From an uncultured archaeon (lineage in GTDB: Archaea > Halobacteriota > Archaeoglobi > Archaeoglobales > Archaeoglobaceae): 64,000 bases of DNA. Position 1 is the first letter of the stretch; the number at the start of each line of letters is the position of its first letter. Made by a program: the position numbers and the translations under genes. The DNA lies in NCBI GenBank assembly GCA_964471215.1, contig CAYYFC010000001.1:1615-65614 (forward strand). The letters run 5' to 3'. Below the pieces are notes generated by a model, which ran no database searches, was not told the origin of the DNA, and saw only the letters and a program-made list of their open reading frames with translations. Positions 49,310-57,151 of the stretch are shown here, in pieces.

Positions 49310-49884
49310 TTTACCATCTCCAAATCATTTTTTGTATTTATATTTATAAAAGAAACTAGATTCTTATCAAATACCCTGAGCCTTTCAATCGGATAAAAAA
49401 GAGTGTTTAAATTTTCAAACGGTTTCACAACTCTTCTATTCCCATTTCTTATGCTTCTTTCTATTTCCTTAACAGAACTAGACGAGTAACAGGCGAGTAA
49501 GGGTTCCTTTTTTCCGTCACTCCAGACCGGTATTATCGCGTCCAAATTATTATCTACTGCAGTTTTGAATAGGAATTCTGCCAGAGCTCTTTTAATAAAA
49601 GGCATATCGACTGCTATTATTAGTGTATAATCCTTGAAATAATTAAGAGCAGAATATATACCAGCAAGAGGTCCGAAGTCTTTTATTTCATCCTCTATAG
49701 TCCTTCCAAACCTCCTGTATATCTTCATCTGCTCCTTATCTCTGCAAACTATAACCAAATTACAATCTCTAAATCTATTCGTCAGTATCTCGATAAAAGT
49801 CCTTTCACCAATTCTTATCAATCCCTTCTCATGCCCTATTCTTGTCCCCTTACCACCGACCAGTATCGCCACATTCAACGGCAT
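49279..49884 (-). CDS. mobA: Molybdenum cofactor guanylyltransferase MobA
   Basis: It has AILVGGKGTRIG and VDMPF motifs. The ATG at 49884 follows a TTG-opened ORF. It overlaps moaA by 31 nt. Confidence 0.8.
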   Translation of the reverse strand: MPLNVAILVGGKGTRIGHEKGLIRIGERTFIEILTNRFRDCNLVIVCRDKEQMKIYRRFGRTIEDEIKDFGPLAGIYSALNYFKDYTLIIAVDMPFIKRALAEFLFKTAVDNNLDAIIPVWSDGKKEPLLACYSSSSVKEIERSIRNGNRRVVKPFENLNTLFYPIERLRVFDKNLVSFININTKNDLEMVKCLSIDMEGL

Positions 49885-50419
49885 CCCCCTCAACTACTTC
49901 ACTTCCAAACGAAACAACCGAAAGGCCTACATCCCTGCAAAACTCAAGTGCCAAATCAGTTATAGTCTTTTTTGTTACTATTAATGGTATTCCAGCCTTT
50001 GCACATTTTAAGGCTATCTCATGTGTTATTCTCGATGATATAAGTAGATAAGTTCGGTCGAACTCAGCACGCTTCTTTAAACCCATTCCTATCACCTTTA
50101 GCACAGCCGCATGTCTGCTTATATCTATTGCCCTTGCAATAACTCCATTTTTACCAATTAAGACTGCTATGTGATGAGCCTTAGTGGGATCGTTTATATC
50201 TATATATCCTAAGCTATCTCTGATCATATCCATACTCCATATCTCTTTAGATTTTATTTTAAATCCGTGTTTTACCTTTACTTCCTCCATTTCAAATTCC
50301 TTAAGGCCCTCGACGTATACCAGACCGATCTTTAGCTCCTCTAAATTTTTAGGAGAACAGTTTATTATAAATTCTCTGCCATCAGCCCTAATTCTAAATA
50401 TCCTTTCATTTGCTAGCAT
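49850..50419 (-). CDS. fdhD: FdhD-like sulfurtransferase (short form)
   Basis: It has an FdhD-like core (HHIAVLIGKNG..., ISRHAAVLKVIG, LISSRITHEIALKCAKAGIPLI). At about 190 aa it is shorter than typical FdhD, and it overlaps the mobA start. Confidence 0.65.
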   Translation of the reverse strand: MLANERIFRIRADGREFIINCSPKNLEELKIGLVYVEGLKEFEMEEVKVKHGFKIKSKEIWSMDMIRDSLGYIDINDPTKAHHIAVLIGKNGVIARAIDISRHAAVLKVIGMGLKKRAEFDRTYLLISSRITHEIALKCAKAGIPLIVTKKTITDLALEFCRDVGLSVVSFGSEVVEGDAVECGDTGRW

Positions 50420-50476
50420 ATTACTGCCTAGATGCAATTACACTAAAGTTTTATTGTTTGACGTATATGTGATCCT

Positions 50477-51295
50477 ATGAAAATAGGGACTGCAGGTGTT
50501 CCGAACTGTTCAAAGGACAGATCGACCATAGGCGGTATAAAAACGATTAGAGATATAGGATTGGATGCCATGGAAGTTCAGTTTGTAAGAGGTGTAAGGA
50601 TGAACAGAGAAAAGGCTAAGGAGGTCAAGAAGGTTTCTGAAGATCTGAACGTTAAGCTCTCTGTTCATGCACCGTACTTCATAAATTTAAACGCCGAGAG
50701 AAAGGATAAGATTGAGGCTAGCTTAAAGAGGTTGAGAGATACGATTCTCATAGGGGGAATATTTGCCAAAAACATAGTCTTCCATCCAGGATATTACTTA
50801 AAATCTTCAAAGGAGAAGGCGTATGAAAGGATCAGATGCAATCTAAAACTTATAGTGGAATTCATAGAGGATAAAGGCATCGATGTCATTCTGAGACCAG
50901 AGACGACTGGAAAGCCTACACAATTCGGTGAACTCGATGAGATATTAAAACTGTGCGAAGATCTCAACATTTTACCCTGCATAGATTTCAGTCACATACA
51001 CGCCAGAACTATGGCCATGAACAGTTATGATGAATTCTGCTCGATACTCGAAAGGATTGAGGAGAAGATTGGAAAGGAAGCTCTGAGGAATATGCACATG
51101 CATGTTAGCGGGATAGAGTACGGATTAAAGGGAGAGAAAAGACATCTAAATCTTAAGCAATCAGACTTTAAGTACGAAGATTTGCTTAGAGCTCTAAGGG
51201 ATTTTAAAGTGGAAGGAACACTGATAGTTGAAAGTCCTAATCTGGAAGAAGATGCGCTTATGCTAAAGGATCTGTGGAACAAGCTAATTTCCTGA
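50477..51295 (+). CDS. nfo: Endonuclease IV (Nfo)-like TIM-barrel protein (AP endonuclease family 2)
   Basis: 272 aa with SVHAPYFINL, VFHPG, RPETTG, DFSHIHA, HMHVSG and IVESP, which together form the Nfo-like metal-ligand pattern. Confidence 0.65.
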   Translation: MKIGTAGVPNCSKDRSTIGGIKTIRDIGLDAMEVQFVRGVRMNREKAKEVKKVSEDLNVKLSVHAPYFINLNAERKDKIEASLKRLRDTILIGGIFAKNIVFHPGYYLKSSKEKAYERIRCNLKLIVEFIEDKGIDVILRPETTGKPTQFGELDEILKLCEDLNILPCIDFSHIHARTMAMNSYDEFCSILERIEEKIGKEALRNMHMHVSGIEYGLKGEKRHLNLKQSDFKYEDLLRALRDFKVEGTLIVESPNLEEDALMLKDLWNKLIS

Positions 51296-51336
51296 TTCAT
51301 CAAGCAAAATTCTCCTATATAGATTCACCGATCACG

Positions 51337-51813
51337 CTAAGATGATTTGAATATATCAAACAGCACTATCCTCTCCCTAATTAAAAGTGGCAGTTTTCCT
51401 ATACCGACTATCCTCAACTCCTCATCGCTTATATCAAAGAACTCCTTTATTCTTTCAATTTTCTTATCGTCAATTTTCAAAACCTTTTTTTCTTTAAACC
51501 CCAACTCCTTTAAACTTTCAAGACACTCGTCGTCGAGCAAAACAGCTACTATTTCATTCCTCCCACTCTTAGGTCCTATCTTTATGGCCTCATTTATCTG
51601 TCTTCTTGCCGCAACGTATAGTAAGATCTCCATTACCAATGTTCTCGCCACTCTTCTGTTCTCATTCCAAGCTTTTATAGCTTTCTTAACAGCAAATTCA
51701 ACATGATCTATATCCACAACGTAATTTGCATCTATTAAAACGACGTTACAGTTTAACCTCTTAAGAAAATCGCTTACAGATTTTATCTCAATCTCTCCCT
51801 CAACTATTCTCAT
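51337..51813 (-). CDS. cgi121: KEOPS complex subunit Cgi121
   Basis: 158 aa. VVLIDANYVVDIDHVEFAVKKAIKAW..RVARTLVMEILLYVAARRQI is typical of archaeal Cgi121. Confidence 0.7.
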   Translation of the reverse strand: MRIVEGEIEIKSVSDFLKRLNCNVVLIDANYVVDIDHVEFAVKKAIKAWNENRRVARTLVMEILLYVAARRQINEAIKIGPKSGRNEIVAVLLDDECLESLKELGFKEKKVLKIDDKKIERIKEFFDISDEELRIVGIGKLPLLIRERIVLFDIFKSS

Positions 51814-52287
51814 ATGACCCTCATAAGTGCCTCCATCTTTATACTTCTATCGGTTAAATCGTATCTGAGCATTGCTTTTGGGACTAGTCCTCTTTTCAGC
51901 TTTACGACTTTTAATCTCCTCTGGATTTCATTTTCAGTTTCATGTATGTCCAGTTCTATTACACAGTCGGCTATTGCCTTTATTATATTTTTTAATTAGT
52001 TATCCTTTTGACATCATGGTTAGAACTACGGAATCCGTTCTCTTCACATTCATGGATATGTCCCTGAGAACATCGATTATTTCCATATAATCATAGTCGA
52101 ATACAAGGGTGTTCAAGCTGTTTATTATAGCCCTATCGAAGTCATCATCCATGATCCTTAACCTTATAAACCTTAAAGGGTCGTGCTTTGTCTTTCTCAA
52201 AACCGATCTTATGTCTCCTTTACCATTTTTGGACTATTCACTTGTTTGAGTATTTGAGTGATTTTGGAAACTATGGGAACTTAAAAC

Positions 52288-52296
52288 TAATATAAA
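52288..52296 (+). promoter_or_regulatory. TATA-like box (TAATATAAA) about 25 nt upstream of structured-RNA candidate copy B
   Basis: It has the same spacing to the conserved GCCATCAG block (52320) as in copy A. Confidence 0.45.
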
Positions 52297-52315
52297 CTAC
52301 TCACATACTTACTTT

Positions 52316-52478
52316 GGATGCCATCAGGCTTTGCCGATGACGGTGTAATCCCGTAACCCGTACCCTGTGGTGTGCGGGGATGTAGCTCCCAATGAACCAC
52401 CGATGGAGATGAGGTGGCTGAGGGAAAAGCCCGTGCAAGTTCCTATAACTTAAATACCAGATAATGCACGGGCGACCA
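52316..52478 (+). ncRNA. Candidate structured small RNA, copy B (class unknown), located inside and antisense to the KaiC-like pseudogene
   Basis: It has the conserved blocks GCCATCAG, GACGGTGTAA, CTGAGGGAAAAGCCCGTGCAAG and GATAATGCACGGGCGACCAC. Its stems are CCCGTA/TGCGGG (52357-52378), CCACC/GGTGG (52397-52417) and GCCCGTGCA/TGCACGGGC. The stems covary with copy A. Confidence 0.55.
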
Positions 52479-52745
52479 CTCATGAGATCTATTATATCTA
52501 TCTTGTTGAATTCTTCCTTCAATTCAAAATAAACCTTTATGTTCTGAATTAAATGCTCCTTTGTATCGTCATACTTCCAGTGCGAAATGGAAAGGAAAAA
52601 ACGTCTGCTCTAGCTCCTGGTCCCTCAAGTAGGAGAACAAGGCTACCAGCTGGAAAACTCCATCCAACTGGGAATCAAGGGCAGTAATCCCGGTTTTAAA
52701 TTTTTTCATTAAAAGTTATTAAAACGTTTCTCTCAAATAAATGAT

Positions 52746-53066
52746 ATGTTGAAGTTTGATGAAGAAGGACTTATTCCGGTAATAGTTCAGGATATAAAAA
52801 CGAAGGAAGTGCTTATGCTTGCCTATGCAAACAGAGAAGCCTTAAAAAAGACATTTGAAACTGGATATGCGCATTACTGGAGCAGAAGTAGAAAGAAGAT
52901 ATGGATGAAGGGCGAAACATCCGGGAATGTTCAAAGAGTTATCGATATAAGAGTTGACTGCGATAACGATGCGATTTTGTATTTAGTTGAACAGAAAGGC
53001 GTAGCATGTCATACCGGGAATTACAGCTGTTTTTACAGAAAATTGGATAAGAATATGCTGGAATGA
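52746..53066 (+). CDS. hisI: Phosphoribosyl-AMP cyclohydrolase
   Basis: 106 aa with [35 protein letters not shown] and CDNDAILY, the classic HisI motifs. Confidence 0.92.
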   Translation: MLKFDEEGLIPVIVQDIKTKEVLMLAYANREALKKTFETGYAHYWSRSRKKIWMKGETSGNVQRVIDIRVDCDNDAILYLVEQKGVACHTGNYSCFYRKLDKNMLE

Positions 53067-53068
53067 TA

Positions 53069-54745
53069 TTAAGCCTTCTTCTTAAACTGAGATTCATACA
53101 GACTTCTGACCCTTTCGATCGTGTCAGCATCCTCCACACCCTTGTCATCTCTGAGTCTTATAAATCTCGGAAATCTCAACGCAAAACCACTTTCGTACTT
53201 GGGACTTTTTTGAATTTCCTGATAAGCCACTTCAAACACTATCTTTGGTTGAAAGCTTATCCTCTTACCCTCCTCATACTTTATAAGAGGTTTAAATAAT
53301 TCCGTAAGATCTTCAAGATCTTCATCCGTAAAGCCCGTTGCAACCTTTCCGACTCTCAGAAGCTTACCTGTATCCGTATCTAAGCATGCCAGCTCAAAAG
53401 AACTTATAAGATGACTCCTCTTTCCTTCTCCCCATTCACCACCTATCACGACCAAATCTAGCGTCTCCATAACCTCCTTTAGCTTTAACCAGTGCTTACC
53501 CCTCTTACCAGGTATATAAGGTGATTTTGGATTTTTCAGCATTGCACCCTCATGACCAGCGTTCAGAGCCTCGCTGTATACTCTCTCAACCTCATCCTTA
53601 TCGGACGTTACAACCTGCTTTGCAATCTTAATTATATCAGATTCCTTTACGACCGATTCAAGTATCTTCCTTCTCTCCTCAAGGGGTAGATCTATTATCT
53701 CCCCATCCTTGTAAAGTATGTCGAAGAAGTAGACTATAAGCGGTATCTTTTCTATCATCTTCGTTATCTCATGTTTTCTCCTGAATCTTCTTAAAACCTG
53801 CTGAAATGGCATGGGTTTTCCGTCTTTAACTGCTATCACTTCTCCATCCAGTATCACTCCCTCCTCAACACATTTTTTAATTTCTCTTACTATTTCGGGT
53901 AAAGCTCTTGTAACGTTTTCAAGTCTTCTCGAGTATATTGTAACCTTTCCATTACCGTAATGTATCTGAACTCTACTTCCATCAAATTTCCATTCAACTG
54001 CAACTTTTTTCATCTCCCTTATGGCATCGGATATATCTTCTGCAACCTGAGCCAACATCATTTTAACGGGTATGTGAAGCTGTATTCTTAAATTCTTCAA
54101 TCCGTTTTTACCCTCGTTCTTCGCAACCACTGCTACCCTTCCCAAATCGTTTACGATCATGTAACCTCTCTCGACGAGTTCCGAGTCGAGTCCCCAAGCT
54201 CTAGCAATTGCATCCCTTATTATCCCCTCACCGACACCAAGTCTCATTTCTCCCAGTATCAGCCTTGTTAAGTATCTTGCCTCTATTGGGCTTGCAGAAC
54301 CGTAAAGACCGGTAAGAAGCAGTACCTTTCTCTTCTGGCTTCCCTCTCCCTCAAGCGATGCTATTTCGTCAAAGGTTTTTCTGATACTGTCAATTGTCAG
54401 CTCTTCTGAAAATAGCGTCATCATACCCTTTCCTTTAATAATTCTCTCAGCAACTAATCCTAAATCGCCGTAATCCTTAACAAGTCTTTCTATTTTATTC
54501 TTACTAACCCCGCTAACGTTTTCTAATGCTTTATAAATTAAACCAACACCGATTCCCAATTCCCTCTCATCCCATGGTGGGAATATCCTACCCATAAGGA
54601 AATGAACCACGTTATAAAGATCCTCATCGCTATCAACCCTTTTGATGAAGGTTGCAATTCTAGCCGTTAATTCCAGTGTTGATGATATCCTCTCTATTAC
54701 CGAACAAAATTCCGCAAATTCGCGAAACGCTAAAGGCATATCCAT
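53069..54745 (-). CDS. lig: ATP-dependent DNA ligase
   Basis: 558 aa with the adenylation motif I EWKFDGSRVQ, plus LDGEVIA, FFDILY and EGAMLK. Confidence 0.92.
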   Translation of the reverse strand: MDMPLAFREFAEFCSVIERISSTLELTARIATFIKRVDSDEDLYNVVHFLMGRIFPPWDERELGIGVGLIYKALENVSGVSKNKIERLVKDYGDLGLVAERIIKGKGMMTLFSEELTIDSIRKTFDEIASLEGEGSQKRKVLLLTGLYGSASPIEARYLTRLILGEMRLGVGEGIIRDAIARAWGLDSELVERGYMIVNDLGRVAVVAKNEGKNGLKNLRIQLHIPVKMMLAQVAEDISDAIREMKKVAVEWKFDGSRVQIHYGNGKVTIYSRRLENVTRALPEIVREIKKCVEEGVILDGEVIAVKDGKPMPFQQVLRRFRRKHEITKMIEKIPLIVYFFDILYKDGEIIDLPLEERRKILESVVKESDIIKIAKQVVTSDKDEVERVYSEALNAGHEGAMLKNPKSPYIPGKRGKHWLKLKEVMETLDLVVIGGEWGEGKRSHLISSFELACLDTDTGKLLRVGKVATGFTDEDLEDLTELFKPLIKYEEGKRISFQPKIVFEVAYQEIQKSPKYESGFALRFPRFIRLRDDKGVEDADTIERVRSLYESQFKKKA

Positions 54746-54774
54746 ATATCCACCGCTGGATTTAAGAACCTTTG

Positions 54775-55959
54775 CTATATCATTTCATCCAATCTCTTTT
54801 GAAGTGTTTTTTCTATTTTAAAGTAATCTATGCTTGCCTTCCTAACTTCTTCGACAAATTCTTTTTTCGTATAAACACCAACCCTCCATATATCCCTTTC
54901 GGCGCTCTTTAGAGCTTTAACGATCGACGACACCTCATCGAGTCTCCTTATTTCGCCGTTCATCCTAACGAGCGCTTTAAACTCTTTTGGCTCCTCCATC
55001 CTTGGTATATCAACTGCTATCCATTTTGGATCCACTCCAGCTGCTTCCGCTATTTCTATTTCGGCTATTTTTGGATTTATCCTCTGTATTTCCAGACCGA
55101 TCTTATCCAAACCCACATATACAGCCCTTTTAAATAGCTTTCTACTATCTATCATTCTCATAATTTCCGAAGGATATCCCTCCTGTTTTCTTAAAAAGCA
55201 AGTTATTTCGTAATCATCCATTCTCAAGAATTCCACTGCATCTAAAAAGCCTTCTTCTATGCAGAACTCCACCGCCTTCTCGAACATCTTCCTAGCTATT
55301 CTACATACATGATGGAAGTACACGGTGGGATACATAAGAAATCTTGAGATTAGGAGAGATTCTGCTGCTCTTAATCCCTTTGACTCTATTATCATTTTTT
55401 TCCCATCAAAGGTAATCTTGTTTATCAGTCTTGACAAATCGAAAACACCATATGCGACTCCTGTGTAATATGAATCTCTAACTAGGTAATCCATCCTATC
55501 GGCATCTATGTCTCCGCTTATTATGTCGCAATCAGTTTTTCCTTTAATATGTTTTATTATCTTATTCACATCCAGACCAATCTCAGTTATCGCATCGTAT
55601 ATCTCGCCATTTTTTAAAATCCATTCGACATCCTCATGCTTTATCCTTATATACTTCCTGATTATTCCTTCACTACAATGAGAAAATGGTGCGTGACCTA
55701 TATCGTGAAGCAATGCCGAAGCAATTATCTCTCTTTTCTCGTCATCACTTATATCCATTTTTTCTGTAAGCTGTTTTGCTATGTGCATGACTCCCAATGA
55801 ATGTTCAAATCTCGTATGATTCGCTCCCGGATATACAAGATTTGCAAATCCTATCTGGCTTATTCTTCTAAGCCTTTGGAATTCAGGTGTATCTATCAGC
55901 TTAATTATCCAGTCTTCTATCCTTAAAAGACCATGTATAGGATCCTGTATCAGCTTCAT
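54775..55959 (-). CDS. HD-domain phosphohydrolase (COG1078 / SAMHD1-like dNTPase family)
   Basis: 394 aa with RFEHSLGVMHIA, LLHDIGHAPFSH and DADRMDYLVRDSYYTGV. Confidence 0.8.
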   Translation of the reverse strand: MKLIQDPIHGLLRIEDWIIKLIDTPEFQRLRRISQIGFANLVYPGANHTRFEHSLGVMHIAKQLTEKMDISDDEKREIIASALLHDIGHAPFSHCSEGIIRKYIRIKHEDVEWILKNGEIYDAITEIGLDVNKIIKHIKGKTDCDIISGDIDADRMDYLVRDSYYTGVAYGVFDLSRLINKITFDGKKMIIESKGLRAAESLLISRFLMYPTVYFHHVCRIARKMFEKAVEFCIEEGFLDAVEFLRMDDYEITCFLRKQEGYPSEIMRMIDSRKLFKRAVYVGLDKIGLEIQRINPKIAEIEIAEAAGVDPKWIAVDIPRMEEPKEFKALVRMNGEIRRLDEVSSIVKALKSAERDIWRVGVYTKKEFVEEVRKASIDYFKIEKTLQKRLDEMI

Positions 55960-56055
55960 ATCAAATGCTTTCTATGTATCAAAGTATATATTATTTTGGT
56001 TTTTATTAAAATATCGTGCGATAGATTTTTTAAACAAATTTTTTAAGTAGTTCTA

Positions 56056-56129
56056 GGGGCCGTAGGGTAGCCTGGTTATCCTCCCGGCTTTGGGAGCCGG
56101 TGACCCGAGTTCAAATCTCGGCGGCCCCA
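56056..56129 (+). tRNA. tRNA-Pro (anticodon UGG)
   Basis: The cloverleaf has acceptor GGGGCCG/CGGCCCC+A, anticodon stem CCGGC/GCCGG with loop TTTGGGA, and T arm CCGAG-TTCAAAT-CTCGG. A T-run (56134-56140) follows. Confidence 0.9.
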
Positions 56130-56194
56130 TCGGATTTTTTGTTTATTCTTGTATCCACAAATCAATACATCCTTTTAATTAAAACCCTACTATT

Positions 56195-56899
56195 CTATAG
56201 GTCTTTCCTCCATTCATCCATAAGAAATACGAGATTCCCCCTACCTTTTTTCACCTTTTCAATAAATCCTCTTCTTTCTAAATCAGCTAAAGCAAGGCTT
56301 AGTTTTGCTTCAGACCAGCCAAGTATATCTCTAAGTTCTTTTTGAGTGATTCTGCCGTTACTTCTTTTTAAAATGTCCAGTATCGCTTTTAGATCATCTG
56401 GAAGGGTATCTACAGCTGCTTTTTCAGATCTAGCCTTCCTGAACCTTATGAAGAGATAAACCGATATAAGAGATGCCGAACATATGGCTATGACTCCAAC
56501 CACCTGATAATTCATATAGCCACCGTACTCTATATCAAATTCTATATCGCTTATCGACTCGTATTTCGTTATGTTTTCCAGTCTTGGAAAGAGAATTAAA
56601 TCCAGCTTATAAATACCATTCCCTTCAATTCTTACAGTTTCATTACAGTATAGTTCAAATTCATCGAAGTAGTACGCCCTGATTTCATACGTACCGTTAG
56701 GTACCTCAAATGAATAAGTTCCATCCTCTGATATGATCCTCTGTAAAGGAGTTGTATTTATCTCGACTATAACCTTGGATAGCGGTTCAAGTTCCCAGGA
56801 ATAGATTTTACCCTCGATTATGGCCGATTCACCGTTCGATATCAACATCATGAGTATAACAGATATAATTAGAAGTCTTAGGAGTAGCTTACCCATCAA
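56195..56899 (-). CDS. Membrane-anchored winged-HTH regulator: signal/TM, an extracytoplasmic beta-sandwich (carboxypeptidase-regulatory-like) domain, a TM helix and a cytoplasmic wHTH
   Basis: 234 aa. It has an N-terminal hydrophobic LLLRLLIISVILMMLI, a beta-rich segment (GKIYSW...GTYEIRAYY...), the TM helix VVGVIAICSASLISVYLFI, and a C-terminal wHTH (ITQKELRDILGWSEAKLSLALADLERRGFIEKVKKGRGNLV). Confidence 0.65.
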   Translation of the reverse strand: MMGKLLLRLLIISVILMMLISNGESAIIEGKIYSWELEPLSKVIVEINTTPLQRIISEDGTYSFEVPNGTYEIRAYYFDEFELYCNETVRIEGNGIYKLDLILFPRLENITKYESISDIEFDIEYGGYMNYQVVGVIAICSASLISVYLFIRFRKARSEKAAVDTLPDDLKAILDILKRSNGRITQKELRDILGWSEAKLSLALADLERRGFIEKVKKGRGNLVFLMDEWRKDL

Positions 56900-56935
56900 T
56901 AAGAATAGTGTATAAGAGTATTTAAATTGATGGAA

Positions 56936-57070
56936 TGGGGCCGGTGGGATTTGAACCCACGACCAGCGGGTCTCTTCGGTCAGAGCTCCAACGGGTCATC
57001 ACATCTCAGGAGACCCGTCTCTCATCACACCGCTGGAGCCCGCCGCGCTTCCTGGCTGCGCCACGACCCC
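56936..57070 (-). tRNA. tRNA-Trp (anticodon CCA) interrupted by a 61-nt intron at the canonical 37/38 position
   Basis: Exon 1 (57070-57033) reads GGGGTCGTGGCGCAGCCAGGAAGCGCGGCGGGCTCCAG. Exon 2 (56971-56936) reads ACCCGCTGGTCGTGGGTTCAAATCCCACCGGCCCCA. Once the intron is removed the cloverleaf is regular. Confidence 0.9.
56972..57032 (-). ncRNA. Box C/D guide RNA carried within the tRNA-Trp intron
   Basis: The intron reads CGG-TGTGATGA(C)-GAGACGGGTCTC-CTGA(D')-GA-TGTGATGA(C')-CCCGTTGGAGCT-CTGA(D)-CCGAAGAG. Both spacers are 12 nt. They are complementary to the tRNA's own anticodon-arm sequences (GAGACCCG, and GCTCCAGCGG with one G-U pair). Confidence 0.85.
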
Positions 57071-57151
57071 GTCTATTTAGAGGTTAACCCGATGAAAATA
57101 TAACACTTACGATTATTTCCTAATTTTTGATTTATAAAATTTTATTAAAAA

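Larger units (their letters stand above)
51810..52709 (-). pseudogene. Decayed KaiC/RadA-like ATPase pseudogene, split by the structured-RNA element
   Basis: My own translation of the N-terminal piece (52709 down to about 52480) reads MKKFKTGITALDSQLDG / FPAGSLVLLLEGPGA / EQTFFPFHFALEV / YDDTKEHLIQNIKVYFELKEEFNKIDIIDLMSG. It needs 3 frame changes, and the P-loop GK is replaced by EQ. The C-terminal piece (about 52245 down to 51810) reads ...HDPLRFIRLRIMDDDFDRAIINSLNTL...DSVVLTMMSKG, then a stop/indel, then IIKAIADCVIELD...RRLKVVKLKRG. Both pieces are colinear with the intact paralog at 22265-23011. Confidence 0.75.

Noticed and set aside
52301-52522. A 73-aa minus-strand ORF (MKEEFNKIDIIDLMSGRPC...)
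   Set aside because: Only its first ~15 codons are real KaiC-like coding sequence (the IDIIDLMSG fragment of the pseudogene). The rest reads through the antisense of the RNA element, giving an H/R/P-rich nonsense peptide.
52767-52777. GGACTTATTCC in hisI, 536 bp downstream of the copy-B GGACTATTCAC, mirroring the 540-bp spacing of the repeat pair at locus A
   Set aside because: The word falls in the codons for the highly conserved HisI motif EEGLIPV (gaa gga ctt att ccg). The match is imperfect, and coincidence is the simplest explanation.
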